Shown: in pieces, positions 23,774 to 33,917 of the stretch
How positions within the stretch are numbered: the stretch's first letter is position 1
Layout: each line of letters starts with the position of its first letter
Assembly: GCA_002269645.1 (NCBI GenBank)
Contig: NIVC01000018.1
Location: forward strand, 62,001 to 126,000
Reading direction: 5' to 3'
Length of the DNA stretch: 64,000 nucleotides
Origin: Macrostomum lignano
Lineage: Eukaryota
Notes under the pieces: generated by a model
Seen by the model: only the letters and a program-made list of their open reading frames with translations
Databases searched by the model: none
What the model was told of the DNA's origin: nothing
Translations under genes and position numbers: made by a program

Positions 23774-26700
23774 TTATTGAGATTTTGGCTGCAAGAGGTT
23801 AAATGGGTTAAACAACTCCGCTATCCTCTGCACATAACTTTTCTGATTTGGCCTGACTGTTAATCTATCTGGAGCATGACGCTCTCTCGCTGGCCTAGCT
23901 TCTAAATTAATCCCTAGATTATTGTTATTATTTAATTGTACTGGCATAACTCCTTGTACACCTACTAAATTAGTTAGATTATTATTTTGATGCTGCACTT
24001 GTTGATTTGGCACTAACTGCACATTATTTTGATTTTGCACTGGCATAAACTGCTCATTATTTTGATGTTGCACTGGCATAAACTGCACTGCGTCTTCGTA
24101 CTCGTCTTCACTTTCTGAGTCATTGTACACATTCGGCTGGCTATTGGCTAACTGTTCCCTATTGTATTGTTTCCTCTGCTCTTTTGGCTTAGTACTAGCT
24201 TCTTCTTCCTGATAATCTGCTTGCGGTACTTTCATTAAATTGTCTCTATGCATGATAAGTTCTTCCTTTCTAGCCTTCTTATTTTTGGTAACTGGTCTAA
24301 TCTTAAAGACTACTTCTGATAATTGTTCTACAATTTCATAAACTGCCCTCTGTTTTCTGTGAAATTTGTTAGCCTCTGTGTTAGCAATTACTGGATTATT
24401 GATAAATACTAAGCTTCCTACAGGCAATATTTTCGGCTTAGGCTTATTAGAGTACTCCTGCTCACGGTTTTGTTGCACTAATTTTAATCTCTTTCTTGCT
24501 AGTTCTTGGCCTTCCTGCAGATTCTGCTGATGATCCTGGACATAAGATGGCAAATCCTGAAACTGCTTTGGCTCGTTCAGCTCATTGTCACAGGGCATTC
24601 TGGCCTCTCGTCCAAAGACTAAATAGTGCGGACTAAATCCTGTGGCAGTGTGCGTGCTGGTTCTCAGAGCTGTTATGCAACCTGGCAACAGAACGTCCCA
24701 GTTGGAATGCTCCTTCTCCAGTAAACTCTGCTCTACTAAGCCAGATATAACTAGTTGTTCGAGTGTGTCTAAATAGAGGTCAGAAAAGTAAAAATTTCTT
24801 AAAGGCCCTACCAGTGAACTGTGTTCCCTGGTCTGTGTGAATCCATTGTGGAATCCCAAAATCAGCGAAAACTCGTTCTTGTAGAATTTTGATAACTGTT
24901 TTAGCCTTCTGATTCCTAATTGCGAATGCGAATGGAAATTTGCTAGTGCTGTCTATGACTGAAAGTACATATTTGTTTCCGGATTTGCTAGTTTGGCCAA
25001 TAGGTCCTATTAGATCTATGTGCAATCTACCGAATGGTTCGACTACAGGATAGTTCTGAATTGGTGCCTTAATTCTTCGTCTAGTTTTGCTTTCTAGGCA
25101 TGATTTACATTTGGCTACGTAGCGTTCAACTGCTGTTGCTAATCCTGGCCTCCAAAATCGAATTTTAATTCTCTGATAAGTTTTATCTTGACCTAGGTGT
25201 CCCGCTAACGGTGAATCATGGAATTATGGAATTGGTGAAAGACTTCACTATCCAGAGACTTGGGCAACACTACCTTTGGATCAGTCTGCCCCATAGACAA
25301 GTCTACTTTGAGTACGCCGTCCTCAATTCTGAGCAACTCATAGTAACCTAAGAGGTTCCTACAGTCGTGGGTTAACTCTAGTCGTTCTTGAAATGTCGGT
25401 TTAGGCGAGTCATTCTCAATTAAATTTCTAACAAAGCCTACCGCCGGATCGGCTAGCTGTGCTGCGATCAATTGGTCACGGCGAACTGGGCTACGGAGAT
25501 AGTCACTGAGCAGGGCATTGCATGCAGGCGGATTTCCGGTTTTAGGCTCCTGTCCCTGTCTATTGTCTCGCCGACTGCTACTAAAGATCGGAGTATTGTG
25601 TCGGTTCGTGACAGTGTCTTGTGACGAACAGCATGACGGAACTCCACTGCTCGAGCTACAGGTTTCAGCGAACGCGGAATTGCCTGAGCTGACAGTAAAA
25701 GCTGATGCTGGGTCTGTATTCACAGTTGCCCTACAGCTTAGCGACCTGGCATGTGGGGACATCTCTTCCGGTTGAGGATCAGGGATCCTGGATAGGGCGT
25801 CAGCATTCACATGTTTAGGGCCACTTCTATGTTCTATCTCAAAATCAAATTCGGAAAGTCTTTCGATCCAACGACCTAAAATGCCTGTCTGTTCGGTTTG
25901 GCGAAGCAACCAGGTTAGGGCATTGTGACCAGTGCGCACCTTAAAATGTTTTCCTACGAGGTAAAATCTAAAATACTTCAGCGAGTCAACAATCGCTAGA
26001 AGCTCCTTCCTCGTAATCGGATATCTAGTTTCTGACTGCCTCATCTTCCGACTATAATAAGCGATCGGCCTTTCAATGCCGTCGCTCTGCACTTGATTCA
26101 AGACCGCCCCAATTCTGACATTTGATGCATCAGTGTCTAACACAAAATAAACTTAGGGGTCTGTATTGAACTCTGGGTAAGCAAGCACTTCTTCGGAACA
26201 CATCCGTTCCTTCAACAACTCGAAGCATTCATCATGGATCCTGGTCCATTTGTCCTGGATACATTTGATGTTCTTCTTAGTTAACTCACCGAGTGGTGCT
26301 GCTACCTCGGCAAAATCTCTAACGAATTTTCTATAGTAATTACAGAGTCCGAGAAAACTTCGAAGCTCTGTCACAGATTTAGGTTTGGCCAGTTCCTAAT
26401 TGCTTCTAATTTTGACGCATCTCTCTTAATTCCTGTTTTGCCTATGACGTGTCCTAAATATTGTAGCTCTGATTTGAAAAGGTGACATTTCTTAGCCTTT
26501 AGTTTCATGTTAGCTTGTATTAGTCTCTTGAGCACTTCTTTCAGGTGTTCTAAATGGGCTTCGAAATCTGTACTGTAAACTATTACATCGTCTAAGTAAG
26601 CTATGGCGAACTTTTGTGCAATGTCCTTAAGAACTAAGTTCATGCACCTTTGAAAAGTTCCTGGGGCTCCTTGCAATCCCATTGGCAATACTTCGTACTC

Positions 26701-28266
26701 AAACGAGCCTCGATGTAAAGTTGGAAAGCTAGTCTTGCACTTATCTTCTTCCCTAAGAGCTATCTGATAGTATCCCGAAAATAGATCTAACGTAGAAAAT
26801 TGACTGGCTCCATGAAGACATGAGAATGTTTCATTGATATTAGTTATTGGATACGGAAAGTACTCCGATTTATTGTTTAGTGCTCGATAGTCGTTAACTA
26901 ATCTCAGCGAACCGTCTTTCTTAGGTACTATGACTAATGGAGTCGAGTACTGCGAGTAACTAGGCCTAATTATGCCTCTAGCCAACATGAGATCCAACTG
27001 CTCATCTACCTCCTTGATCCAATGAGGTGGAATTTTCCTAGCTGGTATCTGAACTGGGTTGTTGTCCTTCAAGATAATCTCATGAGTGACTAAATGCGTT
27101 CTGCCTAAGTCTAACTCGTGCTGCGAGAAAGCTGCTGAATGTTCCTTGACGACCTCGATCACCTTTTGTCTCTGCTCCTGAGTCAGTTCATTTCCTATGT
27201 TAATCTCACTAATCCAGTCTTCTGACTTGTCCTGTACCTGACTGATCTTTTCTCTGCTTCCGCAAGACTGCGTGCTCTTATTCTGTTCTTCTTCTGGCTG
27301 TTCCTTCAGATAGTTAAGCTCGCTAGCTAAGAGTGGTTTAGCCATCCCAACTAATGCTGATGCTGGTACTCTGGCTTCCTGTGAACTGGTGTTGATCACT
27401 TCTAAATAAGCTTCCCCTTGTCTTAGAGTTACTAAACTTGGCACTACGGTTACTTTCTCTGCTCTAGTCTTTAATCCTGATCTGAGTGGCTCAACAACTG
27501 ATGGCACTCCGAAATTAGTTTCACTACCTGCTGCTAATCTGACTTTGACTAATCCTGAACTATTAGCTGGAACTGTCGTCTTTTCTGCGACATAAATTCT
27601 CCTAACCTGAGGCTTAGCTCTGGTTGATCGAAGCGGAATTCTAGTTCCTTGTTTCATGGTCAGCATTCCTGCATCGAAGTCAATAGTAGTACAATAATTT
27701 TGGACAAACGTCACACCATTGTCTACATCTGCGTCACATAAGAGAAACTGAACTTCCTCTTCGAAATCGCCAAATGTTGCCTTAATAACTACGAAACCCT
27801 TAATTGGAATAGGCTCTTCCATAAAAGAAACAATTATATTATCCCAATGCTTAATTAGATGCCTATTCTTGCCAGTGAAAAGATGCTTCCAGGTTTCGCG
27901 TCCTAAGATATTTCTATTACTGCCAGTGTCTAATAGATAAACTATTTCCTTATTTAAAATGCTGCCAGTGATGTACGGATCGTAACTTTGTTTTTTAGTT
28001 TGTTCAATTATTTTTGGTTGTTTTAGCTGCTGCTTGCTAGAATAAGGTTGCTGTTGTGGTGCGTTCGAAAAGTGCTGAGAATAAATGTTTGGCTGATTAA
28101 ATGATTGATTAAATGATTGCGCATGCGTACTGTTATACACTGAAGAATTCAATTCACTATTTACAGAAAAATTATCGCTGCTATTTACAGGTTGTGAGGC
28201 TACAGACTGTGAGGGATCTACTGCGGGAAAGCGTTGCCTCCGACGCTTCCGTCTACTCCGTTTCCC
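23774..28266 (-). pseudogene. Gypsy pol polyprotein (protease, RT, RNase H, integrase), disrupted
   Basis: LLDTGS protease, YLDD RT, LDTDAS/TRKELLAIV RNase H, GHLG..C..C zinc finger, HIDLIGP/HTDQGTQF integrase. Lesions: frameshift ~26385, in-frame TAA 26153-26155, 8-nt duplication ~25220, small deletions ~24750. Confidence 0.93.
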
Positions 28267-29241
28267 GAATTCTGCTGCTGAGGGTAATGCGGCTGCGGGT
28301 ACTGCGGCTGCATCTGCTGCTGTGGGTATCGGCTGCTGATATCGGCTGCTGATACTGCATCTGCTGCTGAGCCGGGTACCTAAGTTGGTTCTGCGGATGT
28401 GGCTGTCTACAATTCTTAGCTACGTGACCTAGCTTGCCACACCTGTTACACTTTACTGGGGGACGCCCTTGCTGATTCTGGCCTTGCTGCTGCTGTCCTG
28501 ACGGCTGCTGCTGCTTGACCTTATGCTCAACACTTTGGTGGTGTCGGAGTAACTCCTGAAGCACCTTCTGCTGGTTTTCTAGCGCCTCACCCTGTTTGCG
28601 GACCAATTCCTTCAAGCTATTCTCAGCTTCTTCTCCTCCAGTTGCCTTACACTGCTGCGGGTCTCTACCTCGGCGAGACATAGCGTACGCCATTTCAATA
28701 CGTCGCAAGACTCGACGTGTCTCTTGAAGCGAGTTTACCTGAGCTAGTAGTAGCTTCTCTCTAGTCTCTGGGGCAACCCTAACACCTCTAATAAATTGTT
28801 CCACCACCTCTTCCTGTCTCTGATCGTTAGTTAGATGGGGAAACGCCCTGCATGCAGCTCTGTCAGCTTTTCAGCGTAGTCATCAGTGCTTTCAGTTTTG
28901 CACTGGAACCTACTACGGAACTCTTCCCTAGCTTCTTGAGCACTACCTACATGCGTGAATCGCTCGATTAGCCTATCCTTAAAGTCTGCGTATGCTAGAT
29001 TAGGATCTAAATTTAGCCTTGTCACGATAGCGAACGCTGACTGAACATCTAGGTTAGACAGTAGCTCATTCTTCCACTCAGCTGGGGGTATCTTATCTGC
29101 GATACACCTCTGCTCAAAAGCTTGAATCCACACGTCTATATCCTGATTAGGCGTGTACTTTTGGATCCTAATGTGTTTCCTAATGTCTAGCCCGTCTCTA
29201 ATGCCTTCAGCCAGTGCTTCTACTACGTCATTCGCTTCCAT
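28218..29241 (-). pseudogene. Gypsy gag with CCHC zinc knuckle (frameshifted in this sequence)
   Basis: MEANDVVEAL..., retrotransposon-gag-like WIQAFE/FRSRFQ, CNRCGKLGHVAKNC; 1-nt deletion ~28855. Confidence 0.88.
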
Positions 29242-29684
29242 ATTAGTTTAATTTTAGGTTGGATTTTAGAATTAACGCTTCTGGTTTAATAATTTTGGTC
29301 AGTAAATTGGCAAGACTCCGAATTTAGCTGCTAAATTGCCTAATGGTAAGACTTTAGTTAATAAAATAGCAGTGACTCTACTTTTATTACTTCCGCCTTA
29401 CTTCTGGTCTTAATTGAGACCTTACTAATCTTCTAGCGAAGAAACTAAGTTAAAATTCCTTTCAGGAGCGTTAATCCGTTCCTAATCCGTTAATCCGTTA
29501 ATCTGAGATCAGACAATCTTAGATCAACTGACTATGTACATTAATTCTCTAATTTAGAACCTAATTAGTAAATTTGTGTTAGTTTTAGTTCTAATTTCAG
29601 CACATAGGAGTTAATTCGTTAATCCCTTACTAATCCTAAGCTCCAGTCTAATGTATGCGCTTCTCGGGTATTCTAATCCTCTAA

Positions 29685-29694
29685 GCTGCCACCA
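29685..29694 (-). other. Primer binding site TGGTGGCAGC (probably tRNA-Leu)
   Basis: 2 nt inside the 5' LTR; complementary to the ...GCTGCCACCA 3' end recalled for eukaryotic tRNA-Leu(AAG/TAG). Confidence 0.75.
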
Positions 29695-29696
29695 AT

Positions 29697-30281
29697 TGGG
29701 ATGGGCGTGTCCTCGCGGTTAAGCTACTGGTTTCTTATTTGCTAAGGATTATGAGTGGATTATTATCTGCGGTACTGTTTTAATGTTTGGTAGTTCGCTG
29801 CCACCAGGTTCCTGCTGTTCCCTAATTCTAGCTTTAGGTTTAAAGAACTGAGTCAGGACACCAATTTAGATTTAGTTAACACAAAAAGTTTTAATAATAA
29901 AAAAACGGAAATGGTTACTTGATTGTACAAAAGTTTGGTTTTACATTAGTTCCTATACTTAAGTTTTCTGTTGTGCGTTGGGCAAGACTCCCAGTTTATA
30001 GATTTAGAGGCAAGACTCCTCTGTGCACGCCTAAATTATATTCCTTTTATTTATTTCCCCTTCTTACCGCTTTTCTTGTGAGTTTTCCAAGTTCGAAGAC
30101 ACTCCAACAACAACAACTTTTCTTTCCCAAGAGCCCAACTGCTCTGTAGTTCTAAAGGAACCCCAATTTTATCTACTTACCCCCGCTCTAATTATTTCCC
30201 CGGGTTGAAACTACTGATAGTAGGGTAAAAGCATAATTGGACCCACAAAATTTCCCGTTCCTAAAATAATGCCCTACTACA
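29697..30281 (-). repeat. 5' LTR (TG...CA on minus strand)
   Basis: Direct repeat of 21931-22515. Confidence 0.95.
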
Positions 30282-30603
30282 CTAAAATCACCAAATCATA
30301 AATCATTGCTATTCCAAATAAGCCAGACTTAAAAAGCAGAGCACCAAGGCATTTGCCTTCATTAACCTACAGAAATGACAGTTCACACTAAATTCCTAGG
30401 CTCCTTCTTTTCTAGTGGAACAATAGTCTATGGCCAAACCTCACTAAAAAACAAAGCCTGAGAACTCAAAACAAGACCTGTTAACCAGTTAACAGGCCTA
30501 GGAACAAGTCCTGAGAACATTTTAGAACAACTATAATTCGTCAGTTAGTCCATTAGAAGTATAAACTATCAACAGCAGTAATGACCGGTTCATTCTTGCC
30601 AAT

Positions 30604-31894
30604 TCACTCGAACATGATTTCTATGGTATTGGTGTCACCGTGGACAGTCATGTGCATCTTCTTGGTAGTACCATCAGATACAACATCTTGCTCATTGGTC
30701 TGCCCATTGGACTCCATGGCTTCTCCGGCATGTAGAGCGTAGGTCACACGCAAAAGGTCCGGGACATCTAGCCGTATGTACCTCTCAATTGCATTGGACA
30801 AATGTCCAGTGACATGGGCTATATCGTCCCTAGCCAGTCCAGCCCAATGCAACATGCTGGCACAAGTCTTCCTTAAAGACTGGTTTGAGAATTTACTATC
30901 CATAGACATGGGCTTGGTGATATTCGCCACAATGAAGTCGAGAGTACGCCGGCCAATAGGTCCATTCTGGTACCATCTGCCGCTCTTAATGGCAGACTCA
31001 CTTTGAAACCAAGTCAGAAAAAGGTTCTCGTTCTTACATTGCTCCAGTTGGTAGCCGTCGTAGATTTTATAGATGCACGGAAGGCAGCGCTCATGATCTA
31101 GGGTGTGCAAAGCCATGACAACCTTCACAGGACAATTCTTGCTTCTGATCCTAGCATTGTTGGTTTTCGTGCTCCGCTCCTCTCTGTAGACCAACATTTC
31201 CTGGCCATCGTGTAGTTCTAAGCAAATCTCTTTGCCTCTCTTTAGACTGTGCAGCTCTGTACCACCACAAAGTTTGGTACAGGCAAAGTTTTTTTCCGAT
31301 ATAGAACACGAGTGTATACACCAGAGTCTTGGGATTGCCTGTACCAAGGAGTTTCTTATCCCATAGATCTTTTTCCATGTCGAATGGAATTGGGTCAGAA
31401 ACAAACTTTCCAGCAATGTTGCCCTCCTTGGTTGTCTCTTTCATCCCAGCATCAAGCACTCTTCAAGCACCTAGAAAATTGTCATCTTTCCATAGATTCC
31501 AGTTAGTGCCAAGTCCAAAATGTATATGTCGCTGCAACATGTTAAACATATCTCTCAGACTACTCAAGTTATACTTGGTACTGTCAGTTTTTCTAACCTC
31601 AAACAGGAAGGTCTTTAGTAGATAGTTCCAATCTGATTTTCCCCATTCAGAACACTCTTTAAACACAGATAGACTGCAGGCGTCTCCATGAAGCAGTTTG
31701 GTTTGCCTCTCCTGAAACCAGTCGTCAAATAGCTTTAGTGCCCATCGTTCCTTCTGGCATGTTGATTCCGGCACAGCAGCATCAATCCTTTCAGCAACCT
31801 CGTTATCGGACAGTAACGCAAATCTAGAAGCCTTGTTTTCTCTCAATTCAATGTCATTCAACCAGTCAAAAGCAAGTTCCAAGTCGTGTTCCAT
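30604..31894 (-). mobile_element. Decayed Crypton-like tyrosine recombinase (DUF3504/KCTD1-ZMYM-QRICH1 family)
   Basis: VPESTCQKERWALKLFDDW, FLFEVRKTDSTKY, WYQNGPIG, FSNQSLRKTCASML, TGH...AIERY; in-frame TGA 31463-31465 and a frameshift in an A-run near 31290. Confidence 0.85.
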
Positions 31895-32295
31895 GATTCT
31901 CAGTTCTCTCTGATTTTCTCTAGCTGCCCAAACCTTTCCTTTCTTGCTTTTAATTTAAGCATCAAATCTTTTACTTTAATTTTTATGTCTGTGGTTAAAT
32001 GTGGGGGGCTGCGCCCCCCACACCCCCACTTTTGATGAATACCTCACTCCCACTCCCAGGTGCTTCCAATATCTGTAGATTAAGTATGATCTTTGTCTGT
32101 TCTTTTGGTTCCTATGGCAGAGAAAGGCCGAGGATGCTGTTCTCAGGATAAGGCAAAGCCGAGATTACAAAAACAAAAAAAACAAAGATTATATACTTCC
32201 TATACTGTGAAACTAAAAAGCTAGATGTTAATATAGATGCAGCTGGTGTTGAATCTATATCTATGATCTTAGCAAGGAAGTGTAGAATACAAATA

Positions 32296-32929
32296 CACTC
32301 AGCAACATTTAAAACGCAACACTCTAACTAGAAGAAAAATCAACTCACTCAGAAGAGTCAAAGCGCATAGTCTATGGTTCAAATCGAGCTTCAGAAACGC
32401 GTGTAGCTTCCTCTCGCAAGTAACAGGGCGATGACTATGGACTGTTTTCAGATAGAGTGATCCAGCTGAGAGAATGGTTCAACAGATGACAGACGCGGAA
32501 AGATGGCGAGCAGTCGGAATGTTGGAAGCAGGTTGTACTCTTCGAACAACAGCTGTTGTACTGCGAAGTTGGTGAAGCACCGTACCTTTTCTCGCGTGAG
32601 CCACGCTTCCAGTGGCTCTGCTCTTCTGTAGCAGACGTAAAACTGTTGAAGGCGACCTCCCGAAGTGGTTCGCAACTGTTCGAAGAGTACAACCTGCTTC
32701 CAACATTCCGACTGCTCGCCATCTTTCCGCGTCTGTCATCTGTTGAACCATTCTCTCAGCTGGATCACTCTATCTGAAAACAGTCCATAGTCATCGCCCT
32801 GTTACTTGCGAGAGGAAGCTACACGCGTTTCTGAAGCTCGATTTGAACCATAGACTGTGCGCTTTGACTCTTCTGAGTGAGTTGATTTTTCTTCTGGTTG
32901 GAGTGTTGCGTTTTGAATGTTGCTGAGTG
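32296..32929. mobile_element. Palindromic non-autonomous Tc1/mariner derivative (253-bp inverted arms, 128-bp spacer, TA TSD)
   Basis: Arms 32296-32548 and 32677-32929; TA flanks at 32294-32295 and 32930-32931; minus ORF from 32751 MTDAERWRAVGMLEAGCTLRTVANHFGRSPSTVLRLLQKSRATGSVA resembles the Tc1 transposase paired-like HTH. Confidence 0.85.
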
Positions 32930-33917
32930 TATATAAGTCAATCCTGATTGCTGTCTTTATCAAATTTAAGAAGACATTTAATTTCATATATATCACTTGT
33001 CAAAACAACTGGGTTCTATTAACATGGTGCTATAATATGATACAAAAAACTGCTATGTCAACAATAGACAGTAGTCAATAGCACATTTTTCCAAGTAAAA
33101 ATCCCAAACATTTGTCTAAATAGTTGTTTATTTTATAGTTTACTGTATATATGTATAAACATTTGTTTTTCTGGATAATTATATAGTTGTAAAATCAGGG
33201 AACTCTGCACTATATTTCTATAGAATCTATTGTAAAATATTGCAGAGGTCCCTATATTCTTAATTATACCAGTAGTAAGGGGATATAATTAAGAGTATTC
33301 ATTTAAATATATAATTATCATAAGGTATGATTTTGTGCTCAGCATAAATTTATGTTATAGTACCAATATTTTATTTTGCAATCTTTGCATGAGACTTTTT
33401 GCAAGCAATTTAAAGAACCCTAGCTAAAACAATTCAGTTTTGCCATCAACATCAGAAAATTCACCCTAGAAAGCCTTAAGCAAAATAAGACATCAGCAAG
33501 CTGTTTGTCACATTCTCTGGAAGATGTGTTATGCTAAGTGTTTCTGTCTTTTATTGCTGGTCTCAGTTTGTTTGCAAGACTGTGAAGCTTTTTGGAGATT
33601 TTGTGGGTTTTGACCATAGACATGTGTATATATGTCTGCCATCTGGTCTGAAAAAAGTGACACTCAGCTCACACTAAAGTGACACAAAACCAATATTGCA
33701 GAGTTTAACAGGAGTAATCTGTGTTTTCTTTGAGTTCAAAACTTACTTTCTATGGCCAAAACTAACAAATCAACTAACAAGTCAACGCAAAATAAGATAG
33801 TAATTTGCGCTATATATGCCCGAAGAAAGTAGAATGAAATGGAAGGCTCAGTAGCCTTTATAGATTGTCTCTATAGAGTATTTCGGACACGAATAAACAT
33901 TCCCTGGCATCCTTCAG

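Larger units (their letters stand above)
21931..30281 (-). mobile_element. Full-length but defective Ty3/gypsy LTR retrotransposon (~8.35 kb)
   Basis: Two 585-bp LTRs, 4-bp TSD CTAA (21927-21930 / 30282-30285), PBS, PPT, gag with CCHC knuckle, pol in PR-RT-RH-IN order. Confidence 0.96.
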
